Positions 24,500 through 34,359 of a stretch of DNA of 50,545 nucleotides are shown here, one piece after another; position 1 is the first letter of the stretch, and each line of letters begins with the position of its first letter. The notes beneath the pieces were generated by a model that worked only from the letters and a program-made list of their open reading frames with translations, was not told the origin of the DNA and searched no databases. This stretch comes from a virus. Taxonomy: Duplodnaviria > Caudoviricetes. A program made the translations under genes and the position numbers. Location: the IMG/VR virus record IMGVR_UViG_3300003465_000010, positions 1 through 50,545 of that record. One strand, given 5' to 3'.

Positions 24500-25854
24500 A
24501 CCCAACACCACAACAAACCACCATCATCACGCACAACCCCTTCTCCACCCCTATCACCAAAGTAATCGCCCGAGCGGGCACCGGGAAGACTACCACCCTC
24601 CGCCTGTTGACAGAAAAAAACGAATGGACTCCCACCCTCTACGTCGCCTTCAACAAGAGCGTCGCCGACGAGGCCAACACCAAATTCCCCTCGTGGGTCA
24701 ACTGCCGCACGATGCACTCCCTGGCCTACCGGGAAATAGGCCGCCAGTTTAAAGAAATCCTCCCCAAACTGGACCGCTCCACCGTCGCCAAAGACTTCGA
24801 GATGAACGACACCTCCACCTCCTTCGTCCTCGAAACGATTGAAAAATACTGCTCCGACGCCACCGACGAAATCCTCGACGACCACATCCCGGTCGAAGTC
24901 GAGAACGCCCGTGAGCAAATACTCGAATGGGCTAATGATGTATGGGAACGAATGCTCACCCGCAAATACCCAATCACCCACTCCGTCTATTTGAAGGTCT
25001 GGCAACTCTCCAAACCCACCCTCCCTCACAACCTCATCCTCCTCGATGAAGCCCAAGACACGAATCCAGTCACCTACTCCATCATCGCCAACCAAGCCTC
25101 CACACCGAAGGTCCTCGTCGGGGACCCATACCAACAAATTTACTCCTGGCGAGGTGCGCATAACTTTCTCTCCACGATCGAAGGTGTTACACATTACCTT
25201 ACAGAAACATTCCGATTCGGTCCTGCTATCGCGGATGTTGCGAACACCATCCTCTCAAAAGCATTTGGCGAAACTCATCTTATCGAGTCCCGCCTTGAAG
25301 ACCCTGGTGTCGTCACTCACACAATACCTTCACACTTTACCTATCTCGCAAGGACCAACGCGGGTATATTTCACTTTCTCGCTTCAGGTCGAAGAGCCAC
25401 GGTGATTAACCCCGCTGGCTACCGTGCCTACATGCGCACCCTTCCCCCACTCCTCACCCAGGACCTGAAAGCTCTAAGATTCCGTGCAGAGAAGATTAGA
25501 GACTTCGAGACCTTATCCAAAATCGGCATCGTCGAACGCTACAACACCGACCTCCGTCGCGTCATCCAACGTATCGACGACATGCTTTTCTCCCCCGACC
25601 CTAACTGCATCGCCACCACCACCCACAAAGCTAAAGGTCTTGAATGGGACAACGTCGTCCTCGCTGACGACTTCAAACTCTACGACGAGTGTGGCAAAAT
25701 CACCACCGAACCCGAAGAATTCAACCTCATGTACGTCGCAGTGACGAGGGCGAAGAAACTCTTGGTTCCGTCCTACGACCTCCACACTTTCATCAATCAA
25801 CCAAAACAAGACAAACCTATATGCCCATCACCATCAACCCAAACGACGCTCTAA
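24496..25854 (+). CDS. UvrD/Rep-like SF1 helicase
   Basis: ARAGTGKTT, LDEAQD, VGDPYQQIY, TFRFG, TTHKAKGLEWD, YVAVTRA. Confidence 0.9.
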   Translation: MNPTPQQTTIITHNPFSTPITKVIARAGTGKTTTLRLLTEKNEWTPTLYVAFNKSVADEANTKFPSWVNCRTMHSLAYREIGRQFKEILPKLDRSTVAKDFEMNDTSTSFVLETIEKYCSDATDEILDDHIPVEVENAREQILEWANDVWERMLTRKYPITHSVYLKVWQLSKPTLPHNLILLDEAQDTNPVTYSIIANQASTPKVLVGDPYQQIYSWRGAHNFLSTIEGVTHYLTETFRFGPAIADVANTILSKAFGETHLIESRLEDPGVVTHTIPSHFTYLARTNAGIFHFLASGRRATVINPAGYRAYMRTLPPLLTQDLKALRFRAEKIRDFETLSKIGIVERYNTDLRRVIQRIDDMLFSPDPNCIATTTHKAKGLEWDNVVLADDFKLYDECGKITTEPEEFNLMYVAVTRAKKLLVPSYDLHTFINQPKQDKPICPSPSTQTTL

Positions 25855-26576
25855 AAGACAAACCTTCCATCCTCATCGAGGGGTTTCCGGGGGCTTTTAA
25901 GACCACTCTCGCCCTCCAATTCCCAAACCCCTGGCTCATCAACGTCGATCTCAACCACAACGGTCCTCTCCGTTACCTCAAGTCGATCAACAAGATGCCG
26001 CAGAACCTCGTCATATCCAACGTCCCTTACTTCGACGACCATACCGACGAGAAACCGCACCTCGTCCCGTCCGGCGAACGATACGATCGCATGTTTTCCG
26101 AAACCGAACTCGCCATCAAGGACCCTCTGGACCGCACCATCATCGTCGACTCCATGTCCACTATCGACACTGTCATATACGACAAGGTCAAGAAGCAACT
26201 CAACATCCCCACTGGCAAACCGTTCGAACGCCAACACTGGCGTCCATTCCGCGACTACCTGATGACCTACATTGGTCTCATTCGCAACTGTCGCAAAACT
26301 GTCATCGTCACCTGCCACGTTGAATCCATCACCAACGACGCGAACCAAATTATCGGTTACAAACCCCTCATCTCCACCAAAGTCGGTGAAGTCTTTGCCG
26401 GCTTCTTCACCGACGTCTGGCTCATGACCGTTACTCCAGGCACGTTAGGGAAACAAGACTGCGTCCTCACCACCACCCGCTCTCCCAAATACGGCGACCT
26501 CAAAAATGCCTACCTCATGCCACCAGAAATCAAAAACCCCACCTACGAAGAAATCAACAAATACCTGAAGATATGA
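25821..26576 (+). CDS. Sak4-like AAA_24 ATPase (recombinase)
   Basis: GFPGAFKTT Walker A, IIVDSMS Walker B, VIVTCH; next to SSB and nuclease. Confidence 0.8.
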   Translation: MPITINPNDALKDKPSILIEGFPGAFKTTLALQFPNPWLINVDLNHNGPLRYLKSINKMPQNLVISNVPYFDDHTDEKPHLVPSGERYDRMFSETELAIKDPLDRTIIVDSMSTIDTVIYDKVKKQLNIPTGKPFERQHWRPFRDYLMTYIGLIRNCRKTVIVTCHVESITNDANQIIGYKPLISTKVGEVFAGFFTDVWLMTVTPGTLGKQDCVLTTTRSPKYGDLKNAYLMPPEIKNPTYEEINKYLKI

Positions 26577-26791
26577 TCCACGGCGCATACCAAGAGGACG
26601 ACCACTTCGAAGTTTATACTCGCCCAAACTCCCGCTGCTACGGCTGCGACCAAGACTTCTTCGATTGGGATACTATAACATGTTGGCAAGTTTCCGTCGC
26701 CTCCCCCAAACCTTTCGTCCGCTTCAACCTCTGCCCCAACTGCTATCCTGCGTGGGACGGAGATTACTACCACGGTCGACACGAAGACTAA
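26573..26791 (+). CDS. Small Zn-binding hypothetical protein
   Basis: CYGC...CPNC. Confidence 0.6.
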   Translation: MIHGAYQEDDHFEVYTRPNSRCYGCDQDFFDWDTITCWQVSVASPKPFVRFNLCPNCYPAWDGDYYHGRHED

Positions 26792-26860
26792 TTTCCCCTG
26801 AACTACTCAGGGAAAACGCTGGTATCGTCACTACCACTAAACAAACACATATCAACATAT

Positions 26861-27340
26861 ATGTCAGACGAAACACAACAAGAAGCGAACCCATCACCAG
26901 ACGTCCTCGCAATCCTCAACCAGGATTACAAAGACGTCGATCGTTCGATGCCTCTGCTTGCCGAGGATAACTACAAACTGGCCGTGGACGACATCAAACT
27001 CGTCCCCTCCAAAAACACCCCCGGCAAGACGAACCTCTCCATCAAGCTCCGCACGATGGAGGACGCTCGCGACACCGAAGGCAAGCCCATCCGAGCTGGT
27101 TGGAAACTCAACCACACCATCTCGATGGACAAAACCGACTCCTACGACCCATCCCGCAACCTCGCACTCTTCCGCGACTCTGTCCTCGGCAAGGGTGCTG
27201 GTGGCTCCTTCATGCCCCTGGACCAATACAAAGACAAGGTCCTCATGGCGAAGGTTGTGGTCGAACCAGAGTCCAAGGACAAGAAAACGGGCCAGGTCTA
27301 CCCGCCCAAGAACGTCATCAAGCAGTTTATCCCTGCCTGA
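26861..27340 (+). CDS. Putative SSB (DUF669-like)
   Basis: PLLAEDNYKLAVDDIK...LSIKL...PKNVIKQF OB-fold pattern; follows the Sak4-like gene. Confidence 0.7.
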   Translation: MSDETQQEANPSPDVLAILNQDYKDVDRSMPLLAEDNYKLAVDDIKLVPSKNTPGKTNLSIKLRTMEDARDTEGKPIRAGWKLNHTISMDKTDSYDPSRNLALFRDSVLGKGAGGSFMPLDQYKDKVLMAKVVVEPESKDKKTGQVYPPKNVIKQFIPA

Positions 27341-27350
27341 TTACTAACAC

Positions 27351-27376
27351 AATGGGCATCTTCATCGGTGCCCATT
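27351..27376 (+). terminator. Hairpin after SSB
   Basis: AATGGGCATC-ttcatc-GGTGCCCATT. Confidence 0.45.
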
Positions 27377-27392
27377 AGTTAATAATCCTCAC
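27374..27392 (+). promoter_or_regulatory. ATTAG-tta-ATAAT-CCTCAC motif
   Basis: 5 nt upstream of the ATG at 27398. Confidence 0.65.
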
Positions 27393-27397
27393 AGAAA

Positions 27398-27679
27398 ATG
27401 ACCTCCCACGACAAAGACCTCCTCGAACGCGCCGCGGACTTCCTCGAAGCGGAGCAAAAACCACTCGCAGACTCCGTCCGCGAAATCGCCTTCAAGGAAA
27501 CCACCGGCGAATGCGCACGTTGTTCCGAGCCCACAGGTAAAATCCACCACCGACTATTCGGCCCATTTTCCGGTATGCACATCACAATCGAAGTCGTCTG
27601 TAACGAGGACCGTCTCCTTTGTGATTCATGCGTCCGGCACGAATTAGACAAACTCCCTGCTAAGTTGTTAAAATCATGA
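27398..27679 (+). CDS. Zn-finger hypothetical protein
   Basis: CARC...CDSC. Confidence 0.65.
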   Translation: MTSHDKDLLERAADFLEAEQKPLADSVREIAFKETTGECARCSEPTGKIHHRLFGPFSGMHITIEVVCNEDRLLCDSCVRHELDKLPAKLLKS

Positions 27680-29061
27680 TCGCACGTATACAAATCCCCA
27701 TCAAATCCATCACCATCGGCGAACGCTACCGCTCCGACCTGGGCGACATAGCCTCCCTTGCTGAGTCAATCAAGCAAAACGGACTAATCCAACCGGCTGT
27801 TGTAGACGCCAACCATCGTCTCATCGCCGGACGACGACGTATTGCTGCGTGCGAAATGCTCGGTTGGCAGGAGATTGACGTGGTCTATATCGAAGTCCTA
27901 AACGACTCCGATCGAGTCATCCTCGAACTCGAAGAAAACGTCCGCCGAGAGGACACCCGTTGGCAGGACAACTTCCAAGCGATCGACAAAATCCACCATC
28001 TCAAATGGGTGGAAGCCACGAAGGCGGGTAAGTCGTGGACCGAAACCGACACCGCCCGCTTCGTTGGCTACTCTCAACCTCTCGTCAACTTCGCCCGGAA
28101 GTTGGCCCGTGAAATCAAACAAGGAAACAAGGAAGTGATCGAAGCGCCAACGTGGTCCGACGCTCTCAAGACCCTCGCCAAGAAAGCCGAAGACGTCGCT
28201 GCTCTGGAGTTAGCCAAACGCACGCTCCCCGCCGCCATGTCCCCGAAAGCTCTCGGAGAACACGCCACTCCCGCCACCATCAAACCCACAGACGCACCGA
28301 ACCTCCTCGCTGGCCTAGTGGACGTCGCCCCCATCACCATCCCTTTATCCTCAATGCTCCACCACGCAGCATGGGAAGGCAAGATGATGACACTCAAATC
28401 TCAATTCCAACACATCATCTGCGACCCACCATACGCCATCGACGTCTCCATGATGCAACAGAACAACGCGATGGAGAACATAGACCGTATCGCCGAGACG
28501 CACCAGGTCGACTCCAACAAACGAATGCTCGAATCCTTCGTCCACGAAGCCTACAAAGCCCTCATGGACCACGGCTTCTTAGTCATGTGGTGCGACTACA
28601 CCATGTGGGAATCCCTCTACCAATGGGGTATTGACGCAGGGTTCAAGGTGCAGCGTTGGCCCTTCATCTGGTGCAAAACTCACCCCTGCATGAACAACGC
28701 AGCGCAGTATAACACCACCAAAAACCACGAACCTGCCATCATCATGCGTAAGGGAAAGGCCCTAATCCCTACTCCCGTGCAGAGTTCCTGGGTCCTTGCC
28801 TCCAACGACAAGGCCAAGGAAGAATTCAAACATCCCTTCGCGAAACCCTTCGAAGTTTGGAAACCCCTGATCGAAGCGGTCTCCGTCGTCGGGGAAACAA
28901 TTTTAGACCCCTTCGCTGGGTGTGGGTCGTCGACGGTGGCGTCGCTTTCCCTGAACCGTAAAGCACTAGCAATCGAAAAGGACGCAACCCACTACCCAGC
29001 GTTGATTGAGAATGTGTCTAGACACTACCGCAGTAGATTCGCTGCGGTGAATTTTGAATAA
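27676..29061 (+). CDS. ParB/Srx-domain fused amino-DNA methyltransferase (N6/N4, beta-type motif order)
   Basis: SLAESIKQNGLIQP...LIAGRRRIAA; DPPY; HPFAKP; ILDPFAGCGS. Confidence 0.88.
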   Translation: MIARIQIPIKSITIGERYRSDLGDIASLAESIKQNGLIQPAVVDANHRLIAGRRRIAACEMLGWQEIDVVYIEVLNDSDRVILELEENVRREDTRWQDNFQAIDKIHHLKWVEATKAGKSWTETDTARFVGYSQPLVNFARKLAREIKQGNKEVIEAPTWSDALKTLAKKAEDVAALELAKRTLPAAMSPKALGEHATPATIKPTDAPNLLAGLVDVAPITIPLSSMLHHAAWEGKMMTLKSQFQHIICDPPYAIDVSMMQQNNAMENIDRIAETHQVDSNKRMLESFVHEAYKALMDHGFLVMWCDYTMWESLYQWGIDAGFKVQRWPFIWCKTHPCMNNAAQYNTTKNHEPAIIMRKGKALIPTPVQSSWVLASNDKAKEEFKHPFAKPFEVWKPLIEAVSVVGETILDPFAGCGSSTVASLSLNRKALAIEKDATHYPALIENVSRHYRSRFAAVNFE

Positions 29062-29317
29062 TATGAGCACAACAGCTACACCTTTTTGTAAGAAACACCC
29101 GAACACTCCGTTGGAGGGTGGTCCAGTGGTGTTTACTTGTCCACAGTGTTCTATGGAACTACAGCCAAAACTATTCCGAGACGAAGTAGCTTTGGTGACA
29201 TTACAGTGTCTCCTTCGAAACGAAAACTATATTAACGGCACCGAAGGAGACGCTAATAAAGTCGCCAACGACTGCTACGCAATAGCAGACGCCTTTGTCA
29301 GAAGGAGGGCAAAGTGA
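29054..29317 (+). CDS. Hypothetical protein
   Basis: 87 aa; FRDEVAL...CYAIADAFVRRR type of phage protein. Confidence 0.65.
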   Translation: MNNMSTTATPFCKKHPNTPLEGGPVVFTCPQCSMELQPKLFRDEVALVTLQCLLRNENYINGTEGDANKVANDCYAIADAFVRRRAK

Positions 29318-30192
29318 TAACCCGCCCAATGCTCGCCGCAGACCTCCGAATGGATGTCTCCAAAGTCCGTTACCCATGCTGGGCTACGCCAAAGATCGAC
29401 GGCTACCGCTGCCTCGTGATAAATGGCCGTCCCCTCACTCGCAACTTCAAAGACCAACCAAACTCCTTCATCCGACAAATGCTCTCCACCATGTGGTGCG
29501 ACATGCTTGACGGGGAGTTGATCGTGCCTGGTAGGCCGTTCAATGAGGCTGGTGGCCTCATCCGTACAACCACGGGCTCCCCTCCCTTTTCCTTCCACGT
29601 CTTCGACGAACTCACCTACCCAGAACGCACCTACATCGAACGTCTCGAACGTCTCAACGAACGCGCCACATCCTTCCCCACCTACGTCTCCGTCGTTCCA
29701 CCCAAATACATCACAAACGAACTGGACCTCATCAACTACGAGAACGTTTGTTTGGCGCAGGGATACGAAGGTGTGATGCTCCGAGACCCTCGTGGACCGT
29801 ACAAATCCGGCCGCTCCACCCTCAACGAATTCTACCTCGTCAAACTGAAACGCTTCCTAGACTCCGAAGCCATCGTCACCGGTTATGAAGAACTCCAACA
29901 TAACGAGAATGCCCAAACAGTTAATGAACTTGGCCTCTCAAAACGCTCATCTCATCAAGATAATAAGACGCCAGGAGATACTCTCGGCGCGCTTGTGGCC
30001 ACATGGACGCCCGAAGGTAAGGACTCCTCTATCGAAATTAGAGTCGGCTCAGGGTTCACACAACAACAAAGAGACAAAATCTGGTTTAACAGGGCCTTCT
30101 ACCTAGGCAAAACTTTCACATTCAAATACCAACCACATGGCATGGACGTCCGTCCACGTCATCCAACCTTTATAGACTGGAGGGAAGATTGA
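29314..30192 (+). CDS. lig: ATP-dependent DNA ligase
   Basis: PKIDGYR (motif I), LDGEL, FHVFD, EGVMLR, VKLK, VGSGFT, PRHPTF. Confidence 0.92.
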   Translation: MITRPMLAADLRMDVSKVRYPCWATPKIDGYRCLVINGRPLTRNFKDQPNSFIRQMLSTMWCDMLDGELIVPGRPFNEAGGLIRTTTGSPPFSFHVFDELTYPERTYIERLERLNERATSFPTYVSVVPPKYITNELDLINYENVCLAQGYEGVMLRDPRGPYKSGRSTLNEFYLVKLKRFLDSEAIVTGYEELQHNENAQTVNELGLSKRSSHQDNKTPGDTLGALVATWTPEGKDSSIEIRVGSGFTQQQRDKIWFNRAFYLGKTFTFKYQPHGMDVRPRHPTFIDWRED

Positions 30193-30377
30193 CCACCAAA
30201 ATAGTCAAACACGACGACGATACCTACGAAATCCACCAATCGTTGGAGAAATCCCACGACCCTCAGATAATCCGCTACCGTCACTCGCTCAACTCCCAAG
30301 GCGAGGTCGTCGACTTCTACGACCTCGAACCGAAACTCCAGAACAAAATCATCAACGCTCTCTCACGTGGCAAATAA
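30189..30377 (+). CDS. Hypothetical protein
   Basis: 62 aa coupled ORF. Confidence 0.55.
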   Translation: MTTKIVKHDDDTYEIHQSLEKSHDPQIIRYRHSLNSQGEVVDFYDLEPKLQNKIINALSRGK

Positions 30378-33039
30378 AGTCCCCAACTCATTCCCCACCA
30401 CCACCGCCGCATACCGCATCGCCTTCGTTGGCGAAGCCCCCGGCGAACAGGAAACCCTCGAAGGCAAACCCTTCGTCGGAATGTCCGGACGCTTTCTTCG
30501 CTCCCTCATGTCCAAATCCGGTATCGACCCAAACGCTTGCTTCTTCGGTAACATCTGTCAACACCGACCACCAAACAATGACATCTCACAATTCTCCAAA
30601 GACGGCCCGGAGTTCCGTGACGGGTTCCACCAACTCAAACTCGACCTCATCGCCTTCAACCCGAACCTCATCGTCCTCCTTGGCAACACTGCCCTCTCTC
30701 AGTTTAAGGGCGGTAAAACGTCGGTTGACGCGTGGCGTGGGTCTTTATTCGAAGCCTACTTTCACGACCCTACCAAAACCGACTTCGAGCCCTTGCGATT
30801 CAAGTGCCTGTCGACTTACCATCCAGCCGGAGTTTTACGCCAATACTCTTGGACGCCATTACTTAATTTTGACCTTATTAGGGCGCGCAGTGAAGGGACT
30901 ACGCCCACTCTCACCCTCCCGAAAAGGGTCATCGAAACGAGTCTACCCCTTGACGTACTGGTCGCAAAGCTCCGAGACCTACGTGCTAACCCACGACACA
31001 TCGCGATAGACATAGAAGGCGGCGTGCAAGAAGGCGTCACCTGTATCTCCTTCGCCGACTCGCCCACCTACGCCTTCGTCGTTCCCTTCTACTTCGGCCA
31101 GTGGTGTCCTTGGACTTTAGACGAGGAAGCCTTGCTGTTGAAGGAAGTTGCTCTCACACTGGCCGATCCCAACGTCCCCAAGATTCTACAGAACGGTCTC
31201 TACGACCTATTCGTTCTCGCCTACCATATGAAGATATTGGTCCGCGGGTTCGCCGACGACATCATGCTTATGGGCTGGGAACTCATGTGTGAAATCGAGA
31301 AAGGTCTCGCCGTCCAGGCCTCCCTCTACACCAAAGAACCCTACTACAAATCAGAACGTCAAACCCAAGACCGAACACAATTCTTCACCTACAACGGAAA
31401 GGACTCCTGTGTCACCTACGAAATCTGGCAACACCACAAATCTAAACTTCACGATTGTAGCCTTGCCCACTATCGCTTTAATTTTGAGTTGCTCCTACCT
31501 CTCCTTTACTCGGAGCTTCGTGGTATCCTTTTCGATAAGGAAAGGTCTGTGGCTCGTCTTGATAAAACAACTGCCGAAATATACGGAGTTCAGCACGAAC
31601 TAAACAAGCTCGCTGGCATCTCCCTCACCATCCAATCCATTTTTGAAAAATGTCGTGAACTCTGCTTCGTCAAAGACGTCAAAAAAGGTCTTGTCAACAC
31701 CTTCGCCGACCTTATCCAGCATTCTAAAACATCAACCTTCGCCGACGTTAATCGCATCGTCGCTATCATTACTGCGGCAGCGCGTGATCAACGTGAACTT
31801 ACGCCGAGCGAACTCGGTGAAATATCCATCCTCCTAAAGTGTGAACTGAACGTGGACTCCCCACCACAAATGACGGAATTTCTCTACCGAAAACTCAAAC
31901 TCCCAGTACAATACAAGAAAGGAAAGAAAAATGAAGACGGCGAAAGGTCAGAAACGACGGACAAACTCGCGCTCCTCAAACTCAAAGGGAAACACCCCTC
32001 AGTCCAAGCAATCGACCTCATCATCAAACTGCGCGCTCTTTACACTGCCACCGAAACCCTTGGCAATAAAGCTGATCCTGACGGAAGAATCAGGTGCGGC
32101 TATAACATTGTGGGCTCCGAAACTGGACGACTTAGCTGTTATACTTCCCCTTCAGGTTCAGGTTTCAACCTCCAAACCGTCACCAAGAAAAACCGAGATA
32201 TTTATCGAGCTGACGGAGGCTATGACCTCAACCAAAACGACCTAGCCGGTGCTGACGGCTGGACAGTCGCCGCCCACTGCAAATCCCTCGGCGACCCTAC
32301 TATGTGGGACGACTATCTCGCCAAACTCAAACCCGCACAGATTCTTTCCCTCATGTACCTCGGCTACGACGTCAACCGTATGTCCCGCGACGACCTCCGC
32401 GTCCTCTGCAAACAAATCAAAGACGGCAAAGCCACTGAAATCAACCCTCACTCTTGGCTCTACTTCGCCTGCAAACGCGTCCAGCACGGTTCCAACTACA
32501 TGATGCGTGAATGGACCATGTCGGATCAAATTCTCCAAGACTCTTTCAAGCTCACCGGAGAAGCCGTCTACGTCGCCCCAGACATCTGCGCCAAGCTACA
32601 GCGTTTGTATCTAACCCGCTACCCAGGCGTCCTGCAATGGCAACGTGTCTCCGCAACGAAATTAAAGCAGTTTAGATACATGATCGTTCCCTCCGGCCAC
32701 AAGAGAATCTTCATGGGTCGTCCGGACGAAGAATCAACTCTTAAAGAATGGCTCGCACATGAACCACAAGCAAACACCACCTACGCCACCAACAAAGCCC
32801 TTCACCGGTTATGGTACGACCAATCAAATCGCCGTCCTGACGGAGGACTCTACATCGAAAACCTCCATCAAGTTCACGATGCCCTCATCACTCAGTGGCC
32901 AAGTGACCTTCGTCAGTGGGCAGTGGGAAAAATCCGCGAATGGTTCAACAACCCTCTCACCATTGCCGGACAATCTGTAACCATCCCCTTCGAGGGTGCC
33001 TATGGCCCTTCGTGGGGTGAACAAGAAAACCCTATCTGA
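30367..33039 (+). CDS. polA: Family A DNA polymerase with N-terminal family-4 uracil-DNA glycosylase and 3'-5' exonuclease
   Basis: UDG GEAPG...PFVG..G, HPAGVL; Exo DIE, NGLYD, YNGKD; Pol ETGRLS, NLQ, motif A DLAGAD, motif B KRVQHGSNY, motif C QVHDAL. Confidence 0.92.
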   Translation: MANKVPNSFPTTTAAYRIAFVGEAPGEQETLEGKPFVGMSGRFLRSLMSKSGIDPNACFFGNICQHRPPNNDISQFSKDGPEFRDGFHQLKLDLIAFNPNLIVLLGNTALSQFKGGKTSVDAWRGSLFEAYFHDPTKTDFEPLRFKCLSTYHPAGVLRQYSWTPLLNFDLIRARSEGTTPTLTLPKRVIETSLPLDVLVAKLRDLRANPRHIAIDIEGGVQEGVTCISFADSPTYAFVVPFYFGQWCPWTLDEEALLLKEVALTLADPNVPKILQNGLYDLFVLAYHMKILVRGFADDIMLMGWELMCEIEKGLAVQASLYTKEPYYKSERQTQDRTQFFTYNGKDSCVTYEIWQHHKSKLHDCSLAHYRFNFELLLPLLYSELRGILFDKERSVARLDKTTAEIYGVQHELNKLAGISLTIQSIFEKCRELCFVKDVKKGLVNTFADLIQHSKTSTFADVNRIVAIITAAARDQRELTPSELGEISILLKCELNVDSPPQMTEFLYRKLKLPVQYKKGKKNEDGERSETTDKLALLKLKGKHPSVQAIDLIIKLRALYTATETLGNKADPDGRIRCGYNIVGSETGRLSCYTSPSGSGFNLQTVTKKNRDIYRADGGYDLNQNDLAGADGWTVAAHCKSLGDPTMWDDYLAKLKPAQILSLMYLGYDVNRMSRDDLRVLCKQIKDGKATEINPHSWLYFACKRVQHGSNYMMREWTMSDQILQDSFKLTGEAVYVAPDICAKLQRLYLTRYPGVLQWQRVSATKLKQFRYMIVPSGHKRIFMGRPDEESTLKEWLAHEPQANTTYATNKALHRLWYDQSNRRPDGGLYIENLHQVHDALITQWPSDLRQWAVGKIREWFNNPLTIAGQSVTIPFEGAYGPSWGEQENPI

Positions 33040-33043
33040 CCGC

Positions 33044-33062
33044 ATTAGCAACTAATTCTCAC
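33044..33062 (+). promoter_or_regulatory. ATTAG-caa-CTAAT-TCTCAC motif
   Basis: Fills the 27-nt gap between polA and DUF3987; 4 nt before the ATG. Confidence 0.65.
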
Positions 33063-33066
33063 CAGC

Positions 33067-34359
33067 ATGTCTTTCCTACGTAATTACCTAACCTACAACT
33101 CCGGCAATGAATGCCCACCCGAATATCACCTCTGGTCAGCTCTCGTCATACTTGCAAACGTCGTTTCGCGGCGGGTGTATCTTGACATGGAGTATTTTCA
33201 AATCACTCCGAACTTATACGTTACGTTGGTGGGCTCCCAAGGGAACCGGAAGACGGTGGCTAAGGACATTGCCTACGACATGCTTAGAGAAGTATGTCCT
33301 TCCATACCCGTCTCAGCCGAGTCAGAGTCCAAAGAGGCTATCACTAAGTACATGGCAGCGCCTGAACAAAATCGAAGTTACACTGACCCTCTCACTAACG
33401 AAAACATCGAATACCGTCCCTACGGTATCTTCGCCACAGAACTCAAAAACTTCCTCTCCATCAACCAGGTAGTGATGGTTGACTTCCTCACCACGATCTA
33501 TGACAGAAAATTCTACGACGTCAAGACGAAGAATAAAGGCACGGACGTTATCAAGAATCCGTGCGTTAACTTCTTGGCCTGCGAAACACCTGAATGGATT
33601 ATTGCCAGACTTAAGGACTCTGTTATTTCTGGTGGTTTTTGTCGTCGGATGGTGTTTGTTTATTCGAATTCTCCACGAAAGCGCATTGCGTTTCCGAAAA
33701 TCACAGACGAACAACGAGCAGCTTTTGAAGCCTGTAAGAACCAACTAAGGAAGATTAAGGACATCGCCGGGAAGGTCAAATTCGACGACGAAGCGAAGAC
33801 GTTCTACGAAAACTGGTACAATAACCTAAAATTCCCCGACGACCCGTTCATGAAGGGCTGGATGGAGTCGAAGCACATCCAGATGTTGAAGGTGGCAATC
33901 CTCATCATGGTGTCGGAGATGGAGGAACCGGACCACACAAAGCTGATATTGAAAAAATCCCACATCGAAGACGCTCTCGCGTGCATCGACGAAGGGGTAG
34001 AGAAGAACCTGGGGAAACTAGGCGAATCCGTTGGCAGAAACGAAATGGCCTTGCCGACGAACAAAATCCTAGAGTTAGTGAAGGAAAAGGGCGGAGCCGT
34101 GCCCGAGAAGGATATTCAACACCTAATGATGCGTGACCTGAGCGGGATGGAGTTCTTGGCCGCCGTTCACGCGCTGGTGGGTATGGAGAAGTTAGTTAAG
34201 ATAAAGCTCGCCGACCCACGTACTAACGTCGTGCGCCACTGGCTCTTAACCCCAGAGAAAGCACAAGCCTTTAAAAACGCTACCAACCAAGTTATCACTC
34301 CAACTCCCGCGAAGGACGCAACTGCTTCATCACCATCATCCTCGCCTGCTGGTAAGTAA
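33067..34359 (+). CDS. DUF3987/YfjI-like AAA+ helicase-type ATPase
   Basis: ECPPEYHLWS, PNLYVTLVGSQGNRKT, NPCVNFLACETP, GGFCRRMVFV. Confidence 0.75.
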   Translation: MSFLRNYLTYNSGNECPPEYHLWSALVILANVVSRRVYLDMEYFQITPNLYVTLVGSQGNRKTVAKDIAYDMLREVCPSIPVSAESESKEAITKYMAAPEQNRSYTDPLTNENIEYRPYGIFATELKNFLSINQVVMVDFLTTIYDRKFYDVKTKNKGTDVIKNPCVNFLACETPEWIIARLKDSVISGGFCRRMVFVYSNSPRKRIAFPKITDEQRAAFEACKNQLRKIKDIAGKVKFDDEAKTFYENWYNNLKFPDDPFMKGWMESKHIQMLKVAILIMVSEMEEPDHTKLILKKSHIEDALACIDEGVEKNLGKLGESVGRNEMALPTNKILELVKEKGGAVPEKDIQHLMMRDLSGMEFLAAVHALVGMEKLVKIKLADPRTNVVRHWLLTPEKAQAFKNATNQVITPTPAKDATASSPSSSPAGK

